The notes under the pieces: generated by a model
The model's input: the letters and a program-made list of their open reading frames with translations, nothing else
The model's database searches: none
Told to the model about the DNA's origin: nothing
Origin: Candidatus Shapirobacteria bacterium
GTDB taxonomy: Bacteria; Patescibacteriota; Microgenomatia; UM-FILTER-40-11
Assembly (NCBI GenBank): GCA_020059745.1
Contig: JAGVBK010000004.1
Span: forward strand, 242,511-306,510
DNA length: 64,000 bases
Reading direction: 5' to 3'
Part shown: piece by piece, positions 30,168 to 38,321 of the stretch
Layout: the number at the start of each line of letters is the position of its first letter
Numbering within the stretch: position 1 is the first letter of the stretch
Position numbers and translations under genes: made by a program

Positions 30168-30788
30168 ATGGCATTATATTTTTCAGAAAAATGCAGACTT
30201 TGCCGGAACGCCGGAGAAAAATTGTTTTTAAAAGGTGAAAGGTGTTTTACCAAGTGCCCGATTGATAAAAAAGGAGCAGTTGCTCCTGGCCAGCATGGTG
30301 CTAAAAGGAGAAGAAAAGTTTCTGATTTTGGCTTAAGACTTAAAGAAAAGCAAAAACTAAAAAGAATCTACGGCATAAGCGAAGCCGAGCTTAAGAAATA
30401 TTTTGGTCAGGCAAGAAAAGTTAGAGAAGCGACGGGCGAGGCAATGCTTCAGATTTTAGAGTCAAGGCTTGACAACCTTGTTTACCGGCTAGGCTTTGTG
30501 CCGTCTAGGCGTTCGGCCAGGCAGTTGGTAAGCCACGGCCATGTTCGGGTTGACGGAAAAGCAGTTAACATTCCTTCTTACCGGGTTAAGCCTGAGCAAG
30601 TGATCAGTATGGATGAAAAAGCACTTTCAATGACCCTGGTTAAATCTATGCTTGATAAAAAAGATGTCAGTCTTCCCGACTGGCTCGAAAGGAAAGCTGC
30701 GGTTGGAAAGTTGGCTGCTCTTCCCGGAAGAAACAAGATTGACACAAACATTAACGAGCAGCTTGTTGTTGAATATTACTCAAGATAA
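30168..30788 (+). CDS. rpsD: 30S ribosomal protein S4
   Basis: S4 N-terminal Zn-ribbon-like region plus an S4 RNA-binding domain. Confidence 0.95.
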   Translation: MALYFSEKCRLCRNAGEKLFLKGERCFTKCPIDKKGAVAPGQHGAKRRRKVSDFGLRLKEKQKLKRIYGISEAELKKYFGQARKVREATGEAMLQILESRLDNLVYRLGFVPSRRSARQLVSHGHVRVDGKAVNIPSYRVKPEQVISMDEKALSMTLVKSMLDKKDVSLPDWLERKAAVGKLAALPGRNKIDTNINEQLVVEYYSR

Positions 30789-30834
30789 AACTTAAATTTG
30801 TAAGTATTAAATTAATAATATTTAAGGAGACATT

Positions 30835-31749
30835 ATGATCAAACCAACTTTTCAATTCAGGATAGAAAAGGAGACTCCCGACTACGGAGTATTCATCTTT
30901 GAGCCTTTACAACAAGGCTACGGACAAACCTTGGGCAACTCTTTAAGAAGAGTGCTTCTAAGCAGCATGCCCGGTGCCGCTATTGTTCAGGTAAAAATAA
31001 GCGGAGTTAAACATCTTTTTTCGACCCTCAAAGGCATGAAGGAGGATATTGTTGAATTTACCCTTAATCTTAAGAAGGTCAGGATTAATTATAGTGGCGA
31101 CAAGCCGGTAAAAATTACTCTTGAAAAAACCGGTCCAGGTAAAATAACCGCTGCTGATTTTAAAGTTCCTTCTGGGGTAGAAATTGTAAACAAAGACCAA
31201 GTTTTAGGCACATTAGCTGACAAAAATGCCAAGCTTAAGGGTGAGTTTATAGTCGAATCCGGTTTTGGCTATATTCCTTTTGAAGAAAGAGAATCAAGTG
31301 AAATCGGAGTTATTCCTTTGGATGCAATTTTTACGCCAGTAAAAAGAGTTAACTATCATGTAAGCGCTACCCGTGTTGGAAGAGTGACAAACTTTGACAG
31401 GTTGAACATGGAAGTTTGGACAGACGGTACGATTGCCCCCAAAGATGCGGTTTTACGCGCCGCCGAAACACTAAGCTCTTTCTTTAATCAAATTGTCAAT
31501 CCTCAAGAGGTTGAAGAAGAGGTGGAAGAGGTAACAGAATATAAGGCAGAAGAGCCCTCTTTAACAATTGAGGAACTTGAATTGCCGACAAGAATAGTGA
31601 ATGCCCTTCTAAAGGTAGGGGTTAGAAATGTAGCTGATATTCAGAAAGCAGGCAGAAAAAAGATTTCTAAGGTAAAAAACCTTGGTGGTAAATCTTTAAA
31701 GATAATTGAAGCTGCTTTGGTTGAAAAGGGAGTTGAATTAAAGGACTAA
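30835..31749 (+). CDS. rpoA: DNA-directed RNA polymerase subunit alpha
   Basis: 304 aa; alpha NTD and CTD signatures. Confidence 0.95.
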   Translation: MIKPTFQFRIEKETPDYGVFIFEPLQQGYGQTLGNSLRRVLLSSMPGAAIVQVKISGVKHLFSTLKGMKEDIVEFTLNLKKVRINYSGDKPVKITLEKTGPGKITAADFKVPSGVEIVNKDQVLGTLADKNAKLKGEFIVESGFGYIPFEERESSEIGVIPLDAIFTPVKRVNYHVSATRVGRVTNFDRLNMEVWTDGTIAPKDAVLRAAETLSSFFNQIVNPQEVEEEVEEVTEYKAEEPSLTIEELELPTRIVNALLKVGVRNVADIQKAGRKKISKVKNLGGKSLKIIEAALVEKGVELKD

Positions 31750-31753
31750 CCCC

Positions 31754-32278
31754 ATGAGAAAACAAGTTTTTGGACGCCAGCTTAACCGGACGAAAAACCA
31801 GCGCCAAGCTCTTTTTAGAGGGCTTATAAACGCGCTTATTGTTAAGGGAGAAATTGAAACAACTCTGCCTAAGGCAAAGTCAATTATCTCTCAGACGGAA
31901 AAACTGATTACCAAAGCTAAAAGTGGAACATTAAACGACCGAAGGATTCTTTTTCGTTTTTTAAACAAAAGAAATTCAGTTAACCGATTGGTTGAAGAAA
32001 TTGCTCCGCTTTTTAAAGAACGAAACGGTGGATACCTGCGCCTTGTAAGAGTTGGTCAAAGAAAAGGCGATCAGGCGGAAATAGCACGAGTTTCTTTTAC
32101 GGAAAACGTTGAACCAATGGTTAAAAGACAAAAACAAGAAACCAAAGTCTTGGAAAAGGCAGAAACAAAAGAAAAAACCGCCGAAGAAATAAAAGAGATA
32201 AAAGAAGTTGAGGTTCAAGAATCGAACGAAAAACCTAGAAAAAAAGCTCAAAAAAAAGAAGCTAGGGAGAATAAATGA
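31754..32278 (+). CDS. rplQ: 50S ribosomal protein L17 with a K/E-rich tail
   Basis: L17 core followed by a roughly 60-aa charged tail. Confidence 0.9.
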   Translation: MRKQVFGRQLNRTKNQRQALFRGLINALIVKGEIETTLPKAKSIISQTEKLITKAKSGTLNDRRILFRFLNKRNSVNRLVEEIAPLFKERNGGYLRLVRVGQRKGDQAEIARVSFTENVEPMVKRQKQETKVLEKAETKEKTAEEIKEIKEVEVQESNEKPRKKAQKKEARENK

Positions 32279-32718
32279 TAAAAGCAACGAAAAAGTCAGA
32301 AATAAAAAGAGGCTGGCATCTTATTGATGCCAAGGGAGAAATTCTGGGTCGCTTGGCTACAAAAGTGGTACCCTTGCTTCTTGGGAAAAATAAACCCTAT
32401 TTTGTAAGGAATCTGGATTGCGGTGACCATGTGGTGATAATTAATGCCGGCGACATTAAGGTTACTGGTAAAAAAGAACAGCAAAAAACTTATCAGTCCT
32501 TTTCCGGATATCCGGGAGGTTTAAGAGAAATTTCTTACGCGCAAATGAAGGAGAGGTTTCCTGAAAAAATTATTGAAAAAGCAATCCGCAACATGCTTCC
32601 GAAAAATAAATTAAGAGACTGTTGGATGGGAAAACTTCATGTTTTTGCCGGAAGCGAGCACAATTATAAAGATAAGTTTAAAGAGATAAAGAAAGAAAGT
32701 AAAAAAGAGGAGAAATAA
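32275..32718 (+). CDS. rplM: 50S ribosomal protein L13
   Basis: L13 family signature. Confidence 0.93.
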   Translation: MIKATKKSEIKRGWHLIDAKGEILGRLATKVVPLLLGKNKPYFVRNLDCGDHVVIINAGDIKVTGKKEQQKTYQSFSGYPGGLREISYAQMKERFPEKIIEKAIRNMLPKNKLRDCWMGKLHVFAGSEHNYKDKFKEIKKESKKEEK

Positions 32719-32720
32719 AA

Positions 32721-33137
32721 ATGGAAAAAAAGACTAAGGTAGCGAAAAAAGATTTTATTTATGGTTTGGGAAGAAGGAAAAGGAGTGTGGCTAGAGTCAG
32801 GCTTTTTACCGGGAAAGGTCAAACTATGATTAACGAACAGCCGATTGGTGAATACTTTAAAAATGTTTCCCCAGTCCAATTTTTTAAGCCTTTTGACTTA
32901 ACCGAAACAACCGGAAAATATTATGCCACTGCCAAAGTTGAAGGTGGTGGAAAAGCTGGACAACTCGGTGCCTTTTTACACGGTTTAAGCCGGGCTTTAT
33001 CTGAAGTTAACCCTGAAAAATTTAGAAAACCTTTAAAATCAGCTGGACTTTTGACCAGGGACCCCCGAGAAAAAGAAAGAAGAAAACCAGGCCTGGCCCA
33101 GTCAGCAAGAGCCAAAAAGCAATCACCAAAGCGTTAA
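32721..33137 (+). CDS. rpsI: 30S ribosomal protein S9
   Basis: S9 signature with a C-terminal KR-rich tail. Confidence 0.93.
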   Translation: MEKKTKVAKKDFIYGLGRRKRSVARVRLFTGKGQTMINEQPIGEYFKNVSPVQFFKPFDLTETTGKYYATAKVEGGGKAGQLGAFLHGLSRALSEVNPEKFRKPLKSAGLLTRDPREKERRKPGLAQSARAKKQSPKR

Positions 33138-33252
33138 CAGGAGCGTTTCTTCCGTCTTTCTTAAACTTGAAACTTTTAATTTTTTGTCTGTGGTTAGCAC
33201 TTTTATTAAAAAAACTTTTGGTAAAAGTGAGGACAAGTGTTGCCGTGAGAAG

Positions 33253-33675
33253 TTAGGCAATTTTTAGCTCTTTGGCGACTCCGGGATCAAGTGAGGTGGT
33301 AAAAAGTATTTTCATTTCTTTGGGTTTTACCCATTTAATTTGTGCTACTTCATGAGGCTCGCTTGGTTTTTGAATTGGTTGGGGTTCAGTAAGCCGGCAA
33401 AGATGATAGGCAATAATGACATGTTGTATTTGAGGGTGAACTCTTAGGGAAATCTGTTTGGTGCATTTAATTTGGTAGCCGGTTTCGGCAAGGACTTCTC
33501 TTTCAACGCAGTCTTCGCGGCTTTCTTCAAATTTTTGCTTGCCGCCAGGAAAGGCCCACCTAAGCACGGAACCATCTTTTCCTTTTTCTTCTTTTACTCT
33601 TTGGATTAGCAGAACTTCCCCTTTTTCATTTAAGACTACACCTAGGTTAATAAAGTTTTTACTTTCTGCGTTCAT
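33253..33675 (-). CDS. NUDIX hydrolase
   Basis: Canonical Nudix box GGKQKFEESREDCVEREVLAETG (G-x5-E-x7-REUxEExGU). Confidence 0.75.
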   Translation of the reverse strand: MNAESKNFINLGVVLNEKGEVLLIQRVKEEKGKDGSVLRWAFPGGKQKFEESREDCVEREVLAETGYQIKCTKQISLRVHPQIQHVIIAYHLCRLTEPQPIQKPSEPHEVAQIKWVKPKEMKILFTTSLDPGVAKELKIA

Positions 33676-34148
33676 AAGGCTATTCTATCAGAAGGTGTCA
33701 AACTAATTTTTTTAGCAAAGAGACAGGCAAGTTTCAAATCATTACTATTAGGTCTATTTTTATTTATGCCGCCGATTTCTTTTAAAGCACCAACTTCATC
33801 ATGGCCAGAGCAGCAAAACTCGCCCACAAGCTCAAAGCCTTTTTCTTTCAATACCTCTTTAAAGGGATCATGCCAGACGAATTTTAGTTTCGGCATGCCG
33901 GCGGTTGAGAAGACAAAGGCGGGTTTTTTGTTTTGAAAAGGCAGTTTTTTTACCAGATTAAAAATAGTTTCGTGGTGCCGGCCAAAATAAATCCCTGAAC
34001 CGAAGCCGACAAGATCATATTTTTCAAGGTCAGCAGGTTTAACTTCTTCCGGTTTAAGGACTTTAGCTTTAAGTTCGCTAGCCATTGCTCCTGTAACTTT
34101 TTGAGTATTGCCTTTGTGAACTGAGCGGCAGACGATTAGTACCTTCAT
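33672..34148 (-). CDS. Flavodoxin-like fold protein (NAD(P)H-dependent oxidoreductase family)
   Basis: MKVLIVCRSVHKGNTQKV N-terminus typical of the flavodoxin-like fold. Confidence 0.5.
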   Translation of the reverse strand: MKVLIVCRSVHKGNTQKVTGAMASELKAKVLKPEEVKPADLEKYDLVGFGSGIYFGRHHETIFNLVKKLPFQNKKPAFVFSTAGMPKLKFVWHDPFKEVLKEKGFELVGEFCCSGHDEVGALKEIGGINKNRPNSNDLKLACLFAKKISLTPSDRIAL

Positions 34149-34196
34149 TTTTCAAGGCCATTTTACCAGAAAGACTTAAAATGATAAACTAGGGCG

Positions 34197-35201
34197 ATGA
34201 AAATTCTTAAAGCTTTTTTATTGCTTGTTTTTGCTTTGCTTGCAGGTTTTTCTTTTTGGTTTTACAGAGAGTTTAGCGGACCAGCCAAAGAAGCTCAAAA
34301 CCAAAGGTTTGTTATTAGTCTTGATACTAAAGAAGAAGAAGTTATTGAAAGGCTTTATAGTGAAGGCTTTTTAAAAAACAAAACCATTTTTAACCTGATT
34401 TTGGATTTTAAGGGCTGGAGGGGAAAGATTGAACCTGGAGCTTATTATCTTTCTAAAGCCATGAATGCATATGAGCTTGCCGGGACGCTTGCTTATGGCC
34501 CGGTCCAAAAATGGGTGGTTATCCCGCCGGGAAAGAGAAAAGAGCAGACGGCCCTTATTCTAAAAAAAGCCTTAAATTGGCCGGATGACATGACTATAAA
34601 TTTTATCACCGTTGCCGAGGAAGGATATCTTTTTCCGGATACCTATCTTATCAATACCGATGCTACGCCTGAGGAAGTTTTTAAAAAACTGAAAGGAAAT
34701 TTCAATGAAAAGTTCAGTGCTGAAATTCAACAAGGCCTGCTTTTGAAAAACATAAGAAATGATACGGCCATTAAAATTGCTTCGCTTATTGAAAGAGAAT
34801 CAGGCGGAGACAGTGATAAGCCGATAATTGCAGGCATTATTTTAAACAGAATAAAAAAAGAAATGCGGCTTGAGATTGACGCCACAGTTCAATATGCTTT
34901 GGCAACAGAAAATTGCTCGCTTTCCTCAAAAAACACAGAAAGCCACCCTTTATTTGAATGCGATTTTTGGCCAAAGCTTCCAAGCGGCTTGGTTAGAAAA
35001 GTAGATTCTCCCTTTAATACCTACCGGATTGATGCCTTGCCGCCTGCACCTATTTGCTCCCCCGGTCTTGCCTCAATAAAAGCAGTGGCTTTTCCGGCGG
35101 AAACAGAGGCCTTTTACTACCTTCACTCTCAAGATAGGCAAATCCATACTGCCGAAACCTACGAAGAGCACAAAGAGAATATAAAAGAGTATTTGGATTA
35201 A
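34197..35201 (+). CDS. mltG: Endolytic murein transglycosylase MltG (YceG family)
   Basis: N-terminal TM helix plus a YceG-like domain. Confidence 0.75.
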   Translation: MKILKAFLLLVFALLAGFSFWFYREFSGPAKEAQNQRFVISLDTKEEEVIERLYSEGFLKNKTIFNLILDFKGWRGKIEPGAYYLSKAMNAYELAGTLAYGPVQKWVVIPPGKRKEQTALILKKALNWPDDMTINFITVAEEGYLFPDTYLINTDATPEEVFKKLKGNFNEKFSAEIQQGLLLKNIRNDTAIKIASLIERESGGDSDKPIIAGIILNRIKKEMRLEIDATVQYALATENCSLSSKNTESHPLFECDFWPKLPSGLVRKVDSPFNTYRIDALPPAPICSPGLASIKAVAFPAETEAFYYLHSQDRQIHTAETYEEHKENIKEYLD

Positions 35202-35278
35202 TGTCGCCAACGAGCGAAAAATCTTGAACTGTTGACAGATACCATTTTAACACACTGGAAACCGCCCACTTTTGACAT

Positions 35279-35511
35279 AACAAAGGTTATTTTGGATGAA
35301 AAATACAAGTATGAGGGCTTGGGAAACGGTGGATTTACGTATCAATACTAATATGGTGATGACTATTGAACTTATTATTTTGGATATTAGTTTTACAGAA
35401 GTATCCGCCCACCTTTACCATCACTTATGGTATAAGCATTAAGTTTTCTTAACTCTTCACTTACGGAGACTTTTAGTAAGGTTCTTACTAATGAAACAAA
35501 GGTTATTTTGG
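35279..35511 (+). repeat. 17-bp perfect direct repeat aacaaaggttattttgg (35279-35295 and 35495-35511)
   Basis: Identical 17-mers 216 bp apart near the left end of the island. Confidence 0.6.
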
Positions 35512-35593
35512 TCAAATCTACATTATCCACTTGGTCTACTGGAGGCGTGTTATTTTCGTTAGCATGGAGAGTATTATTCTCTTTTAGTCCCAT
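35393..35593 (-). CDS. Hypothetical small protein
   Basis: ORF-track ORF only. Confidence 0.2.
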   Translation of the reverse strand: MGLKENNTLHANENNTPPVDQVDNVDLTKITFVSLVRTLLKVSVSEELRKLNAYTISDGKGGRILL

Positions 35594-35668
35594 GCTTCAA
35601 TTTTCATTGTTGCAACGCACTTTTACTATTAGAGGATACTGAAGAAAAGTGAGGAAACTGAGGAGAAA

Positions 35669-36043
35669 TTAACCCATTACGATTATTTTTTGGTCATCAT
35701 CTATAACAAGTTTTGCACCTCGCCATGTTTCTATAGACATTGGTAGCCCTTTTAACTCCAAACGTAGGTGGTTTATTTGTCTCTGTATCCCTTGGTTTAC
35801 TCTTGCCCGTTTCCCTTGGGGCGGATAGTGAGGGTTATAACTTGTCTTGTAAATCTCCTCATAACTACACAGATTGTTGGCATTGTAAAAAAGATGGATA
35901 AAGATTGCACACCGTACCGTTTTACTATCCTTAAAAGTGTGGACGAGTTTCTTCTTATGGTATAAGAATACGCTCCGACCGTCCGTCTCTAGTTTCCAAC
36001 TGTTCAAAGTCACCTTTTTATTAGGAAATACAATAACGTGCAT
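35669..36043 (-). CDS. Winged-helix DNA-binding protein (OmpR/PhoB-type trans_reg_C domain)
   Basis: C-terminal ...INHLRLELKGLPMSIETWRGAKLVID matches the trans_reg_C wing/recognition helix pattern. Confidence 0.5.
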   Translation of the reverse strand: MHVIVFPNKKVTLNSWKLETDGRSVFLYHKKKLVHTFKDSKTVRCAIFIHLFYNANNLCSYEEIYKTSYNPHYPPQGKRARVNQGIQRQINHLRLELKGLPMSIETWRGAKLVIDDDQKIIVMG

Positions 36044-36075
36044 ATTTATATTTATCTTTGTTTACATTATACCAA

Positions 36076-36099
36076 TGAGGCGCCTCAATCTGATATAAT
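36076..36099 (+). promoter_or_regulatory. 12-bp perfect palindrome TGAGGCGCCTCA (candidate operator) followed by TATAAT
   Basis: Palindrome at 36076-36087 and tataat at 36094-36099, in the divergent region between the winged-helix gene and the downstream structured element. Confidence 0.35.
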
Positions 36100-36139
36100 T
36101 TGGGTAACGACCTAAACTCGTAGCAATACGGGCATGGTT

Positions 36140-36280
36140 AAAACCAAAACCCACCATAGGGGAACGAGCGCTCCTCGTTCAGCGTACCTATGGTGGGTCA
36201 CAATCCGAAAGGGTTGTGTGTAGCCGAAAGGCTATGGCGCTGGCGGGGGGCGCTTATTGCGTTTACCCACCTCGCCGACC
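36140..36280 (+). ncRNA. Candidate structured RNA (GC-rich; nested inverted repeats plus two GNRA-tetraloop hairpins), unclassified
   Basis: cccaccatagg ... cctatggtggg 11-bp stem enclosing a gaacgag/ctcgttc hairpin; caatccGAAAgggttg and tagccGAAAggcta tetraloop hairpins; GC well above surroundings. Confidence 0.3.
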
Positions 36281-36328
36281 CTACGCAAATTATTAGTAGT
36301 AATTTGCTACAGAAAGGAAGGTGAGACT

Positions 36329-36535
36329 ATGAGAAAAACCGTACGCTACAAAAAGGGAGACATTGTAGGTAGAAAGTTAAAGGAAGCCACTCTGTTAAGG
36401 GGTTGGAAAATTGTTGAGGAAAAAGAAACAGGAGGATTTAGTGCTGGCAAAGGATTTTTATTAGGTCTGATATTTTTACCTCTAGCCCTTTTTGGTTTTG
36501 GAACTTATGTAGAAGTAACATACGAAAAACAGTAA
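36329..36535 (+). CDS. Small membrane-anchored protein (68 aa, C-terminal TM helix)
   Basis: aaaggaagg RBS; basic N-terminal half; C-terminal hydrophobic helix FLLGLIFLPLALFGFGTYV. Confidence 0.4.
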   Translation: MRKTVRYKKGDIVGRKLKEATLLRGWKIVEEKETGGFSAGKGFLLGLIFLPLALFGFGTYVEVTYEKQ

Positions 36536-36665
36536 ACATTAGTAAGCCTTAATAAATACCCTTCTCAAAATTAGCGAGAGGGGTATTTTTTTGGGCAAAT
36601 TACTAGCAAAGCGCTGGTTTTAGTTCGGTGTTTTCACCAAAAGAAGGATTTTTTATAATATAAAC

Positions 36666-36965
36666 ATGGGTAGAAGTATGAGAGGTGATTACGTAGAGAT
36701 GTTTAAGTTTTACTTTATGGGTATGAGAACTGATACAAATCTATCAATGGATATAGTTGACCCTCTTACCCGTGAAGTTAAACATTTTTCATTGCCTCAA
36801 TATAAGAGAACTAGTTATAGAGATGTAGCAAGGCATTTTGGCTATAGCGTAAGGCAGATTGAAAAAATTGGGAAAAAATACAAGTGGTATTTACAGCGTA
36901 AGTATTTTCATCTAAAAGTTATGAACCGCTTACCGTGGGATAAGGAGTGGATTTACAAAAGTTAA
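36666..36965 (+). CDS. Small helix-turn-helix-like protein
   Basis: SYRDVARHFGYSVRQIEKIGKK resembles a sigma70 region-4/HTH segment. Confidence 0.35.
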   Translation: MGRSMRGDYVEMFKFYFMGMRTDTNLSMDIVDPLTREVKHFSLPQYKRTSYRDVARHFGYSVRQIEKIGKKYKWYLQRKYFHLKVMNRLPWDKEWIYKS

Positions 36966-38293
36966 GCAACTTGTGGTTGTTCTATTAACCAACCGTTTTG
37001 CTTTAAGAAAGCCTTTAATAATTCGTTACTTACATCTTCATAGCCTAAGCTCCAATAGATTTCTTTTATAAAGTTAATAATATAGCCTTGAAGTGCCAAG
37101 TCGTCATATAAAAGAGACGTCTCTATTTCAACTCGCCAAATGTATTTATTCTTTAGTGGCACTTCCTCGTCCTCATGCCAGAACAAACCACCTCTGTAGC
37201 CGTTAGGAACAATACGTTTTAATTGCGCCCCATTTATACCATCTAGTTCTAAATACCCATAAATAGCCCCTTGATAATTAAACAGCTTATAAAAGTTCTT
37301 TAATGCCTTTAGAAACATGATGTAGTACACAGCTATTGCTTCTATATAAATATGCTTTCTTGTAGCGTCTTGGCGCAGTACGTTTTCTGCTAAATACATT
37401 AAGCCTGCCGAAAAGACCTGCTGGCAACTCAAACCGCCATCATAATTATGCTGGAAACGATAGACGCCCTCTTGAATTGGTTTAAGATTTAGGTCTGGGA
37501 AATCTGTACTACCCTTACGATACCTAATTTGTTCAATCTTGGTCTTTATATCATTTGGGTTGCAAAGCGCTCTTTGTGGATAGTAAGGCTGTAAAAGAAT
37601 AGTTAGCATAGAAACCTCCGTGCCTAAAGGTTTCTGGTAATACTGTGAGTTATATTCTGGCGGTTGTTGGCCTTGTGCTTTAGCTTTCTCTATTTGTTTT
37701 TGGTAATTGGCTTTTTCAACTGCTATAAGTTTTAGACGTTTTCTTTCTTCTGCTTTAAGTCCAGCCTCATAATTTTCTTTAGCAATCCTTATATAGTTTT
37801 CTCTTGCTAACCTTGCCTTATCTTTTTTACCTACTAATAACTCTACAGCTTCTGGACTAGCAAGGCTAATTGGGTCTGTAATGTTTCCACTACGAACATA
37901 GATATTAGCCTCATTGTGGACATAATAGGGCGTTCTATCTCCCTCGTAAATCCTTACTAATATAAATACTTTTCCATTTACTTCATTGGTTACGTGCAAG
38001 TCGTAGAGCGGTCTTGGGTCTACTGAAGTAGCATATTGATGTATTTTATCCGCTAACTTGCTATCAAAAGTAATGCCGTCAAAAACTACTGGTTTACCAG
38101 ATTTGTCCTCTTCTACGCCTACTATGATTACGCCACCTCTGCTATTGGAGAATGAGGCAAAATGCTTGGCTAAACCCTTACTTGGAAGTTCTTTTTTGTA
38201 ATCTAACTGAAATCCCTCAATGTAACCCTGTTTACAGAACTCAACTACCTCTTCAAATGTAAAAGTATCTATAGGTTTGCTTAGTATTTGCAT
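36962..38293 (-). CDS. AlbA_2 (Schlafen-like putative DNA-binding) domain protein with a coiled-coil linker and an uncharacterized roughly 230-aa C-terminal domain
   Basis: N-terminal FEEVVEFCKQGYIEGFQLDYKKEL...FSNSRGGVIIVGVEED matches the AlbA_2 pattern (E..E.K ... N..GG.i.iGv.d); EKR-rich coiled coil at about aa 150-215. Confidence 0.6.
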   Translation of the reverse strand: MQILSKPIDTFTFEEVVEFCKQGYIEGFQLDYKKELPSKGLAKHFASFSNSRGGVIIVGVEEDKSGKPVVFDGITFDSKLADKIHQYATSVDPRPLYDLHVTNEVNGKVFILVRIYEGDRTPYYVHNEANIYVRSGNITDPISLASPEAVELLVGKKDKARLARENYIRIAKENYEAGLKAEERKRLKLIAVEKANYQKQIEKAKAQGQQPPEYNSQYYQKPLGTEVSMLTILLQPYYPQRALCNPNDIKTKIEQIRYRKGSTDFPDLNLKPIQEGVYRFQHNYDGGLSCQQVFSAGLMYLAENVLRQDATRKHIYIEAIAVYYIMFLKALKNFYKLFNYQGAIYGYLELDGINGAQLKRIVPNGYRGGLFWHEDEEVPLKNKYIWRVEIETSLLYDDLALQGYIINFIKEIYWSLGYEDVSNELLKAFLKQNGWLIEQPQVA

Positions 38294-38321
38294 AATTCAA
38301 TGTCATGAAATTGAGTTAGTT

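Noticed and set aside
33238-33266. Weak hairpin ttgcc ... ggcaa plus ttttt after rpsI
   Set aside because: It is only a 5-bp stem with an 11-nt loop and overlaps the 3' end of the convergent NUDIX gene. That is insufficient to call a terminator.
35202-35420. Search for a direct repeat of the tRNA-Pro 3' end marking the left att site
   Set aside because: Only a 7-mer (cttgaac) is shared. Large serine recombinases use short cores, so the absence of a long repeat is uninformative and the left boundary remains approximate.
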